Assembly: GCF_001194135.2 (NCBI RefSeq)
Contig: NC_069002.1
Coordinates: 37,413,433 to 37,477,432 of the forward strand
Length of the DNA stretch: 64,000 nucleotides
Direction of reading: 5' to 3'
Source: Octopus bimaculoides
Taxonomy: Eukaryota
Shown here: positions 13,605-25,130 of the stretch, piece after piece
Layout: every line of letters begins with the position of its first letter
Numbering within the stretch: position 1 is the first letter of the stretch
The notes under the pieces: generated by a model
Databases searched by the model: none
Told to the model about the DNA's origin: nothing
What the model saw: only the letters and a program-made list of their open reading frames with translations
Made by a program: the position numbers and the translations under genes

Positions 13605-13950
13605 GTAGGGGTAAAAACCCTTTTGGTCTCGAATGATCATGGGATTGCACCTAGAAAGTTCCCTTCCAAGATACAAATCCAGGCAAGGTTGTTTATGGAG
13701 GACCAGCAATCGCCCATGCATGCCAGCCTCCCCTCTCCACACCACCGATGTTGTCCGAGGGAAAAGGCAAAAGGGGCCAGTATAGCTTGGCACCAGTGAG
13801 GTTGCAACTCGTTTCTACAGCTGAGTGAACTGGAGCAGCATGAAATAAAGTGTCTTGCTCAAGAACACAACACAGCCTGGTCCAGGAATCGAACTCACTA
13901 CCTCATGATTGTGAGCCTGATGCTCTTACCACTGAGTCATGTGCCTTCAC
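13605..13950 (-). mobile_element. tRNA-derived SINE family C (CORE-like central domain)
   Basis: Minus strand GTGAAGGCACATGACTCAGTGGTAAGAGC (A box), GAGTTCGATTCCTGG (B box), GTGTTCTTGAGCAAGACACTT (CORE-like); partial copy at 62221-62317. Confidence 0.75.
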
Positions 13951-15619
13951 TGACAGTATATAGCAGTAGCAACAACAACAAAAGCTTTATAGCCACTCTC
14001 CTCTATATCAGATGTTCTAACAACAACTCTTTGAAGTGCTTAAATCACAAGGAGAAATATGTTTTTGTGAAATTTATCAACATTTCAACAATGCAGGGCC
14101 TAAAAGTCTGAAAATGATGCTTCCAATTGGTGAAAAAGTGTTAAAGACAAATGAAAGAACAAAAGACAATGTCTTTGCTTGTTTGTCTCCATAGTAAATT
14201 TCAGAAAAATAATTATTTGAACTTAGACAACTATCATTTTAAAATAAAGTAATTAAAATATAACGAACAAAACAAAATAACAAATTCCATTATGTGTAAT
14301 TACTCTTAATGTCTCAAGTTTTATTTGAAACTACTCACTAAAACTTTGTCTGCAAATACATTCTTTTAATTATTTTAATGAGATTTTTAAGTTGAAATTG
14401 TAACAATTTCTCAACTTGCCATTCTTTTGAGTCACATTGACTCCTGGTAATAATTATTCTGAAAGCTTGCTTTACATCTATATTGCAGTAATCAAGCATG
14501 TTTTTCCTTGGTATTATTTTTTTTTTTTAACATTGAATCAAGTTGGTGTAGACGATGGCCTTGTGGTTGAGAAGTTCACTTCATAATCACATTGTTCTAA
14601 GTTGGATCCACTTTGCAATATCTTCGACAGATATTTGGGTTAACTCATGACTGGAATGTGATAAAAGGAACTTGTGAGAAATCCTGTGTGTGTGATATCT
14701 TTTACACATTGGCAAAATAAAAAAAATAAAAAATGAAAAAAAACAGTGCTTTTTGAATATAAAAAAAAAGTGGTGATATTTGTTGTGTGTCAGGTGATCT
14801 CTTGCTGCTCTAACCACCATAAATGTAGTGAAGCAATGGTTGGCCTTGTTGGAAACATGCAATCACGATATTAAATGTTATTCAGTAATCACAATATTTA
14901 AATGTCTTGCATTATTGTCTTTCATCAATCATTACTTTTCCAGATAGGATTTGGAAGCTGTTTTTATCGTGAGTTAGACAAACTTGGACAGAGTTAGATT
15001 TACATGATTTGCTACATTGTGGTGGTGGTAGCAGGAGGAGGCAGTACGAATGGAGTTTGAGTTCATGATTCATGTATGTGGTTAACAGTTGGACATACCT
15101 GACAGAGTGCTTGTGTATTATACCATATTGCAACAAGGAGGTCTCTATGTTGTCATTCAACCTGCCAGAATCAGCAGCCAAATTTTCAAATCGTAAATCT
15201 ATCCTTGTTAAATGAAGAAGGCTACATTTGACAATGATGTAGTTCCTGATGTACAAACAGACAGGATGATTGTGGTTGGAGCATCTTTGGTCACTGGTCT
15301 GCTCAAACAGAGTTGACCTAGTGCTAAACAACGTTAATCAATGAACAATAAGATAAAGAAGAGAAGTATATCTGGCAATGAAGATGAATTACAAGTAGAA
15401 TGATAAATTGGCCAACCCTATGCCATATTTGATTTGAGCCAGGTTGAAAAACTATTTTGGAAAATATAAACAACAGAATTGTATATATGTTTATTTATGT
15501 TTGGCATAAAACAGAGATTGTACCCGTGAGCCACAGTTTCATTCTGCCAGCACTTCAGTCATCTTTACAAATCAGTAGGTTTGGAGAACTCATCCTTCCA
15601 GAGTAACAACATTGTGACT

Positions 15620-16130
15620 GGTAGCGTCACTGTACAAGGCTTATACGGCTCTCACCAACCACTTGTCTATGCCTAGTTTCTGCATTGACCACCAGATAAG
15701 GGATCAGGGGACCCTGTCAAAGGCTTTCTCCAAGTCAACAAAAACCAGGTACAGATGTTTATCTTTGGCTAGGTATGTCTCCTGCAGCTGCCTTACCAGA
15801 AATATAGCATCAGTGGTGCTTCTGCCTGGCACAAAACCAAACTGCGTCTCATCTAAACTGACTCTCTCCCTAATTAGTTGGGCCTCTCCGCAACTCTCAT
15901 CTCCTGATCCAACAATTTGATACCTCTGTAATTATTTCTAAGGCATCACCTTTACCTTTGTAGCAGTTGACTATGCTGCTGCTACAGCAGTCATTGGGTA
16001 TGACTTCTTCATTAATCACCTGATTTACAATATGAGTGACTAGACCATAACCCACACCACCAGATATTTTAAGCATCTCAGTGGTGATTCTTGAGGAGCT
16101 GAGGGGCTTTCTCTGTCTTCATATCCTTAA
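15620..16130 (-). mobile_element. RTE-clade LINE reverse transcriptase remnant
   Basis: Minus strand EMLKISGGVGYGLVTHIVNQVI..VNCYKGKGDA, then QFGFVPGRSTTDAIFLVRQLQETYLAKDKHLYLVFVDLEKAFDRVP*SLIWWSMQKLG, with stops. Confidence 0.9.
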
Positions 16131-16245
16131 TTGCTTTATCTACTAGGGTACTGTTGATTCAGGTAGCTGGTCCCTCAATTGGATAATAAAATATCTTTAT
16201 CATTCTTAATTTATTTGTCTCTATTTCTATTTTTATCTTTTGCAG

Positions 16246-16275
16246 GTAAGTCAAAGTGGTTTTGAAATCCATTTG
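16246..16275 (+). other. Candidate recursive splice site (AG|GTAAGT) with 30-nt RS-exon
   Basis: CTTAAT branch-like motif at 16205-16210, then an AG-free T/C-rich tract, TGCAG|GTAAGT at 16245/16246, and a second donor TTG|GTAAGT at 16275/16276. Confidence 0.55.
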
Positions 16276-16896
16276 GTAAGTCAGCCATTTTCAGTTTTCC
16301 TCAACTCTGATCTCTTTCCATTCATCCAGCCTCTCCTCTCACTGCTTTCAGAGATTTTCTGTATTTAATGAAAACTGACACGAACGTTTAATATACTGAT
16401 TTGGTTTCACTGAATGTTCCACTGTGTCCAACCATAAATCTGGCAACAGTTCATCACTCAATAAGAATAATGCATGATATATAACATTTCCTTGCTGTGA
16501 ACAGGAGTTACCTTTTCTTGAAAATTTAATTAACCACTGCTTATACTATTTACTACAGGTGGAGGTGTGTATTCTTGCAGCTGTTGTTATTGCTGCTGTT
16601 GTTACCTCTGTTAGCTTATTTAGTACATACATATATATATATATATATATATGTAAATATTGCTTGGTCTTTATATATTATTCATAGCATAAATGTGTGT
16701 GTGCTTGTCTTTGTGTTTGTGACTCCCACAAAATAAGTACATTATTCCTTTCCCAGCTTCTTTTAATGGTGATTGTTGCAGCTAGTGAATAAATACTTCC
16801 CAGAAATGGATATTTTTGATACTGGAATTACAATATTCATTAATGATAATTTTTTGTTCATATCAACTGCCAGAAAATTAAAATGTATAACCAACT

Positions 16897-17200
16897 ACGT
16901 GGTTCTAAGTCCAGTCCCACTGTGTGACACCTTGGGTGAGTGTCTTCTACTATAGCCTCAGGTTGACCAAAGCCTTGTGAGTAGATCTGGGAGACGGAAA
17001 CTGAAAGAAGCCCATCATATATATATATATATATATATATCAGTGTTTGTCCCACCCCCCAACATTTGACAACTGGTGCTGGTGTGTTTATGTCCCTGTA
17101 ACTTAGTGATTTGGCAAAAAAAACCGATAGAATGAATATGATGCTTATAAAAAAAATAAGTACTGGGATTGATACATTTGCCTAAAGATTCTTCAGTGCT
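16897..17200 (+). mobile_element. SINE family B copy with an internal (TA)n
   Basis: GTGGTTCTAAGTCCAGTCCCACTG..CACCTTGGG..GTGTCTTCTACTATAGCC..GGAAACTGAAAGAAGCCC, matching 37910-38066. Confidence 0.75.
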
Positions 17201-18699
17201 CTTTAGCTCCAAGTTGCTTCTGATCAAGCAAACCTATCATAAAAGTGATTCTGGCTATGACCATCTTATCTTTTCTTTTTTAGATAGAGAGCATTATCAA
17301 CATGTTCTTTTCTTAAACAGCAAAGCGTTGTTTGAGGAGGATTGCTTGCTCTTTCTACCTAGTTTAGCAGCCATATAGAAGTTTCTTCATCTCCTTGTAT
17401 TATTTGTCTTTTATCAGATCTACTTTTACTTCTGTGTGTTCCTATGTCACATTCTGTGGATATTTCTAGTTGCCAATCTATATTGAATTGTTGGCACTGA
17501 TGCAAATAGCTACATTAACAATGTATGATGTGTTACTACATGTAACTACAACAACAAATTGTAAATTGATGTTGTTGCAAAAGACTATCTTTATGAACAC
17601 TTATGTAAGAATGTGGCAATGGTGCATGGCTGTGAAATGGGGGTAAGACAGATAGGGGTGGTACTGTAGAGTAGAAATTTCAAAAAGTGTTGATATTCCA
17701 TGGCAAGCAAATATGGGACCAAAACTACTAATGATTGACAATTATTACTGATGAATGACAATTATTACTGATGAATGATAATTATTATTGTTGTTTGATG
17801 ATTATTACTGGACATTGCTGTCTGTTACTCATGATTGTCAGTAATGTTTTTGAACAAAGGAATTGTCTGGTTTTTCTGGATGTAGTGTTATTGTGTGGTA
17901 TGAATGTCTTTGGCTTGATGTGTGCATGAAAAATTACTCTTTGATAAATTCTGGGTTAATTCTAATTTTATAGATCTATGATGAAATGTGTTCTAACTAT
18001 ATACATTACATCTTTACTTTTTTAGACATTTTGTTTTCTTTTTTAGACATTTAGGGCTAGTGTATTTTTTTAGTTAGTTGAACGTGATTTAAAAGTATTT
18101 CAGCTGCTGTTTCTAGACAGTCAAGCATCCATGCAAGGGCTTTCTTGCTGGTTTGTGTTGTTAATGTTGTCATTAGTGTTACCCTGGTGAAGTAGACTTG
18201 TGACCAGCATTCTGAGACCACCCCAGCCTTTTACAGACATAGTATCTCTCACAGCTTTTTGAACAGGCACATCATTTCCCTACATGTCATTGGAAGCGAG
18301 TAACAGGGCTGGCATGAAAAGAGTGCCTATCCATAAAACTCTGTCTCAGAAAGTCCTACACTACCCATGAGAATTGAAACTGTATTCTTGAGTTAACTTA
18401 TTTATCGATATCATATTCCATGTACATACGAATATTTGGTTACAGGAGTCCAATGGACCAATTATCAGTTTATTGCATGAACAATGGAATGCATACATCA
18501 TTCAGATGGAACAAACATCAAATAACAATTTTATTTGAAAGCATTAGCTAATACCAAAAGTGCATTGCAGTCATTTTGCATCCTATGTAGAGCCCATATG
18601 CAAGGTACTACGTACTCCTTTCATTGCATGCACACACCTATGCTAACAAGGAAGCTGTAAATATGAGCCAACAAGGATATAAATAGTTGTTCAACCCTG

Positions 18700-18852
18700 T
18701 TAGAAATAATAGCCAAATCTCCCTTAAATCACACTCTATTAAAAACGATGAATGTACTGTCTGGAAAAAAAAAATCAAAGATGGGACAGTTACAACAAGA
18801 ATACTTTAGGTCAAAGGTCTGCTCGGTCTAAACTGACCTCAGGCTATTACAA
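18700..18852. repeat. Unclassified ~190-bp dispersed repeat (representative copy; further copies near 13232, 20175, 26440, 27690, 34960, 40230)
   Basis: Shared TAGAAATA.CAGCCAAATCTCCCT.AAATCACAC ... GGGATGGTCAC..CTGGAATG..TTT..TCATAGGTCTGCTC..TCAGG.TGACC...CTAAACAAC; occurs in both orientations. Confidence 0.6.
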
Positions 18853-21800
18853 CTAGATTTGGAATTCTTATTAGTTGCCCTCTACAGGGAAAATTTAGCT
18901 TCTGAAAAGGAGATAACCAGGCCCTAGTTGGAGATAGGGAAGGGGACTCTTAAGACCTTGTATTTAGAGGAGATGGCCAACAACTGTTTATTTAAGCAAA
19001 AATTCACTTGCCACTCTGCATATAACAGAACTCCCTCCCATCACAGTCAGCCATGTTTTTGTAGGTTTCTTTTTCTTTTCTTTCTTTTTTTGTAAAATGT
19101 ATTTGTGTTTGTTTGAGATAGTTACTGTTGCCCCTTCAATAGGGCAGGGTTATTAGCGGGTGTGGAGTAGGGGAGGATGTGTGAAGAATGGATAAAAGGA
19201 ATGACACCTGTAAATGTGTAGCAATCAACTAGAAAAAAAGTTTACATTCCCTTGCTACCATTTACAGGAGTAAGTCTGACCCCTTAGCTAATTCTCTTCT
19301 CTTGCTCATCCCTTTCCCCCTCACTTTTGAAATTGTGGTAGGTGGAGGGGTTGGAGTATCAGAGAGACAATGGTGGTTGTGAGAGGGTAGTATCTGAAAG
19401 GATGGATTTACTTGCTTTTGTTTTGATGGAGTGGAGCGTGGTGGTAGGTTGTAGCAATGGACTGAACTACTTAACTAATACATGGTCGCCAACATACATG
19501 ATGATACGAACCCATTTTTTCAAGAAGGGAGAGGGGCTGCATCACACTTCCTCCCACTCCAGCTATACTTACCCCCTCCATAGTGTAGACAAAGCCCATA
19601 GGTAATTAGCAGGTGAGTCAGAAGTAAATTTACTGAGATTTATTTTATTGGCTCCTTCACTCCATCCCTCCCAAACACTGACCATCTCCTTCACCCTCTG
19701 ACCATCATTCTATCCAAACACTGATGTGGCATTTCACTCTTTCCTTCCCATTGGGGTGTGGATGTGGAGGGGTTGTGTTCAGTCCTTAATAATTTTTGGC
19801 CATAAACCAGGGTCATGTCTTTTGGTCATATAACATTCTTTTATTATTATATTTAAAACTAGCAGAGATACCCGGCATTGCTCAGGATTAAAATGGCATA
19901 GAATATCTTGTTAAACGTGACAAAAATGTTTCACTATGTTCAGTATTTACTATCATTCATTTGTTCTGAATTCAAATCATACCAAAGTAGACTTAGTCTT
20001 TGGTGTGTGTGTGTGTGTTTTGCTATTCATAAGCATGAGTGTTTTTTTTTAATATATCTTTACGGTAAAGGAAGGAGGCAAGTCTGTTGAGTCTGAACGA
20101 GACCTGTAGTTATGGACTTGCAGTCCCAACTAACCGCCTCATACACAAGGAGGCCTGTATGTGACCACACTATCTGCTAAATAGCAGCCAAATCTGTCCC
20201 AAGTCACAACCTGGTGTCTCAAAAATTGCAGTGATATGGATAATGTAATGATGGGTGTACACTGGATAATTGGTCACCTGATTTCACACCACCCCCTTGT
20301 CTTTGGATGCTTTTAGTAGATTCTATTCTTTCTGTTGCATGTTATTGTGGCCAGGTCTTCAATCTAAGGATAATCTTTGATCTGAGAGTAACTCCATTTT
20401 GTCCTCCCACCTATTACAGATGCCTTGAGATTGGTAATGATACTGTCCTTCCTTTTCTGAGTGATAAAAGAAAAATAATTTTCAGAAGTAGTTCTGAATG
20501 CACTTAATGAAAAAATAAAGATGAGACAGTCTTCACAAGAACATCTTTGATCACCATTTTGCTTGATTAATCGAGGTTGACCTGGGCTTTAGCTCATAAA
20601 ACAGAGTGTATAGTTATTGTATCTTTTGTTTTTCCTACTGTGCAGTCACAGTTCCCATAAAGTACTAACAATGTTTATTCATTATTACTAATTTGGTTAT
20701 TAATAGTCAATCATCTTGCTTTGTTCAAGTCAATATTGCTTCCATCAATCATTTCATATGAAGTGGCAAGAAAGTCCTGCCATTAGAGATTCATAAAATA
20801 TAAAGAGATCTATGTCTGTTTGTCAGTTTACCTACCAATCAATATATCTGTATATCAATCTATCTAACCAGCTTTCAATCAGCCTCTCTGTCTCTCTGCT
20901 TGACTGTCTGTCAAAATCTATGTATCTCAGTCCACTATCCTAGTCAATCTATCTAACAATCAATCTATGTTTGTTGATCATGCGATCTGAAGAAACACCA
21001 ACCTTTGAAATGAAATGTTCCCAAATCAATGTCTTGTTTATTCTACCTTTCATTTGGTTTTCAGACTTATCTGGGACTACATTATCATGCAATGTGTCCT
21101 TTCCTTTTAAGCTGAGATTTTGACTGTGGATTCTTGTAGCTTGTGTGTGTGTGTGAGAGAGAGAAAGAGGGAGAGAGAAGACTTGTTGATAGATTTGTAA
21201 TGCACAAACAAGAGGCCAAATTCTGCAACAATTATTGTTTTGTATTTTGGTGTAAGGCTGGTACTTGTCCAGTTGGAAGTGTCTATTTGTTGTCATAAAT
21301 ACAAAACCCAAATAAATACTAGCTTCATGTATAGATTTATGCTCAACTCAATTTATGCCAACCACAAACATCAAGTTAACATCAATTAAGCAATGACACA
21401 CATCATTACAACACAATTCTGCTTTTTTACTTGTCTCTCTCTATCTCTCTCCGAGACCTTGAATACTATAAAACACCCATGCATTAAAATAGCTGTGAAA
21501 AATAATCTTTTCTGCTAGCTTACCTGTGTTAACGATTCTACTCACATTTGATATATTCAGTTAAATTATACTTCTCCTGCTGTGCTAACCAATTCCAGCA
21601 TTTAGGCCGTTCCAAAATACACTGCATTGTAAAAGGTATTCAACTACACACAGCTATCATATTCCAATCTGAAAGATCAATCCCAAAATGACAATATATG
21701 CATGCTGTGTTCTTAAGACAAACAAGATCAAAAGCATATCAGTTTGACTGTATAACTCTACCATAATTATTTCACTACAGCACTTTACCCACACCTACAC

Positions 21801-23109
21801 AACAGCAACCACTGCAAATGACATAATTGGTAGAGCAGTTTATGCCTTACCAATCTACCAAAATAGATATAAAATTAGACATCTTTCACTCAGATTAAGT
21901 TTGACATCAAATAACTTCACATGAAATACTCTCTGTTTCTGTCTCTCTCTTTATATATGTTTTATATTAACATAAATGATTCTCATACGTGAAAACGTTT
22001 TTAATGTTTATAACACATTAACATCTTCAAACATATCTAGTCTTGCTGTTGAAGAAGAATATTGGATTATATTCAGTTTTATTACAAAATGATTTTCCAA
22101 TCATTAAAAGTATGTCAGCTCTGATCAATTTGTCTTTTTATTCCTGTGATAGAGTATATGTTACCTAATGCAGCCTTCCTTTTTGTTGGTGCTTAAAATG
22201 TCAATTCAACTGGAATTAAATCGACAAATGATCAAAAACATTCAAGTCATAAGCCTCTGTCTTATTTTCAACCGTGGCATATTGGGAACAACGTTTTCCG
22301 ATATTTACTTCCTTTATTAAGACACACATGGTTACCCAACCTGAGGGAAGTGCAAGAAAAGGAGAGAGAGTGGGAGGTGGCAGGATAGAGATGGTGGCAA
22401 AATGCTGGGCATACTCACAAGGAACGAGGATCAGAATATAAATGGGATGGTTGAGTCGAGGAAGAGAGAGATGTATAGATGGTGGTATATATATGTGTAT
22501 ATATATATGTGTGTATGTGTATATACATGTACATATATATATATATGTATATTCCTGTTGTAATGGTGCAATAACAAGTGAGAAAATATTTTTGGAATGA
22601 TGGGGAATATGTTGATGGTCAATAGTCAACAAAATCAATAGGAAAACTTTTGTAGTTGAGCCCCACCAGATGATAGTATTGTCTAATGCCTGGGGATGGG
22701 GATGGGGCAGAAGCTAATAAAGAAGAGACAAAAATGTAAAGTAGAGGCATGCAAAACAAAATTGCTGTTGCCATGGTGAATTTTAAAGTGAAGATAAATG
22801 AATAATAAAACCAAATGTAATCAGCAAATAACCCCCAAAATAATCTTGTAAATTTATAAATAAATATAACACTGAATTATAATCTTGTTGGGGCAGAGAC
22901 TTTTCTGTAAGTGTAATATGTAAAAATAAGTTTGTGTTAGGAGTGGTGTTAGGGTTAGGGGTCAGGGTTTTTACTGAATGTGTGCTAATCTCTTTGAAAA
23001 CAAACATTTTGCTGTATCTTTGGGCNNNNNNNNNNNNNNAGATACAAAAATGAAAGAAACAAATAATAATAATAATAATAATCCTTTCCACTGAAGGCAG
23101 AAGGCTTGA

Positions 23110-23399
23110 GATTTTACTTCTTTCCTCATTGCTTCCTGCAACTCATCTAAAATCTTCTGATCTTCCTCACTCGTCGGTGCCAGTTGTCCCCTCCTCGTTG
23201 GTAGCACTATTATTATTTTTTCCTTCAGATTCTTCTTTGGTTCGAGATGCATCTCTGGTGTTGTTGTTTCTCTTCCCCACTGCCTGGTCTGTCCTTCCCC
23301 AGTTCTCTTGTGATCTCTTCTGCTTCCAATTCTGTCGTCCACTTTCTTCTCCTAACAGCATTAGCTTCATCAATTAATCTCTGCTCAGTCACTTTAAAC
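23110..23399 (-). mobile_element. Probable R4/Dong N-terminal ORF fragment
   Basis: MFKVTEQRLIDEANAVRRRKWTTELEAEEI resembles the recalled N-terminal VTEQRL.DQ...I...WL...E.EEI motif. Confidence 0.5.
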
Positions 23400-23810
23400 A
23401 TTATTATTATTATTATTTATTGTCGTTGTACAACTTCTAATGCTGGAGATGTACTATGGTGTCAGCTGTTCACTGCCAGTGAACTAAGGTAACACCTCTT
23501 ATTTTTCGAGCACCATCTGGAATATTCGGACAATTCCAAGCAGTGCTGTTTTCTGCAAGTGTTCCACCCTTATTGCAGCCCCTATTTGTTCCATGTACTT
23601 CTCAAGATTGTTGCTCACTGTTCCCAGGGCTCCGACAATTATTGGTACTACTACCACCTTTTTCATCGACTACAACTGCTTAACCTCCCAAGCTAACCTG
23701 TCATATCTTTCGACTTTTCTTTCTTCCTTATCGCATACCTTGTTGTCAGTTGGGCATGCTATATCTATGATCCAGCATTGTTTGCTTTCTTTTTCAATTA
23801 ACACTATAGT
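23400..23810 (-). mobile_element. R4/Dong-clade LINE 3' end with restriction-like endonuclease and (TAA)n tail
   Basis: IEKESKQCWIIDIACPTDNKVCDKEERKVERYDRLAWEVKQL..VVVPIIVGALGTV..LQKTALLG fits the PD-(D/E)xK RLE C-terminus; ends in AATAAATAATAATAAT. Confidence 0.85.
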
Positions 23811-24152
23811 AGTAGTAGTAGTAGTAGTAGTAGTACCCTTGTAAAAAGTTATTGTATTCTTAGTAACATTCGTGTTGAAGTTAAGTTTATAGGTGACATT
23901 GTTCCAAACTGCTGTGAGGGTTATCAAGTTACCACTAACTTTGTACCATTCTGTTGTGTGTGCTGCCTAGCTGCCCTATTCACCAGATCAATAATTCCAA
24001 CTGTAATACAAGTCTGCTGTGTGGGAGGGCGACTAATTGTGGGGTAGATGGGTGGGGGTGGGGGGGTTCTTTTCAGTTCACTTTTGTTCAGACTCATTTT
24101 TGGGGTTTGTTTTGATGGTCTTATATAATTAACATGACTTTATACATACTTG

Positions 24153-24202
<50 letters not shown>

Positions 24203-24949
24203 TATATATAAATACATACACACATATATATATATACACACATATATATACATACTTATATATATATACATATACACACATATATATATAAATATATGTG
24301 TGTGTATGTATGTATATATAACAAATTAGAAGCAGTATTAGTAATGTAAACATTATCGATCGCACATACACAATGTTTGTATTTTGTTCATTCACCAAAT
24401 TCATGGTGAGATAGTGTTTGGTGAGAGACTCCTTTGTGACACTGGATGTTAAAATACCTGAAGGTCAAAGACCAAATGAGACAACTTGCCTCAGAACAAA
24501 TCAAAAATGGTGGATACTGGTACTTCACCATTATTGTGCCCTTATCCACACCATGCACCTGGTTCTTTATTTCTCAGCGTTCTTGTGAAATAGAATCTTG
24601 CCTCTGTTTCTATTCTGAATTGCACTTCAGCTGTGCCATATTTTTTTCCATGGGTAATGTGGGTCTTGTGTTCTCACACATACCAAAGCACTTGTGTATT
24701 TGTATCTTAGTTACAATGCAATTTTGTTCTAGGGCAGTGGTGCATAACTTTGCGTCTTGGAGTGTTTTGTATTACATCAGGTGGAGAGGGAAAACCTGTT
24801 TAATTGTGAAAATTTAATGTCCTGGCCATAACAAAGTCTCAGAAAAAGCAATTGAGATATGATGATCTAAAGTGTAAAATACAATGACTGTGGTTATTGA
24901 AAAAAGGTGATTATTATATTGTTATTGTCGGAGCTTTGGGTTGAAGAGA

Positions 24950-25130
24950 TTGAAGAGATTGGGGTAAAGACAGAGCTTTTGAAGAAAATACTTTTGCTTG
25001 GAACTGCATGACTCTTCAAGAGATCTGAAGGGAAAGCATTGCCTTATTCCACTGGCTGCAGACAGCTGACACCTTGTTACGTTCTCCAGCAAAGTTTCTG
25101 TGTTAAACATAAATAATAATAATAATTATA
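24950..25130 (+). mobile_element. Short R4/Dong 3' end, same family as 23400-23810, opposite orientation
   Basis: CCTTATTCCACTGGCTGCAGACAGCTGACACC..CTCCAGCA..TAAATAATAATAAT aligns with the reverse complement of 23400-23500; encodes ELLKKILLLGTA. Confidence 0.7.

Noticed and set aside
14912-15331. 139-aa minus-strand ORF, the longest unexplained one
   Set aside because: No recognisable motif or splice context, and it overlaps a copy of the dispersed ~190-bp repeat.
21515-21630. Minus-strand CAG|GTAAGC donor suggesting an exon of a second gene
   Set aside because: All three frames of the implied exon contain stops, and no partner exons were found.
23400-23420. Idea that R4/Dong mobilises SINE-A because both have A/T trinucleotide tails
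   Set aside because: On their sense strands R4 ends in (TAA)n but SINE-A ends in (TTA)n, and no shared 3' sequence is visible.
24600-24790. Cys/His pattern on the minus strand resembling a piggyBac C-terminal domain
   Set aside because: Too degenerate to support without a profile search.
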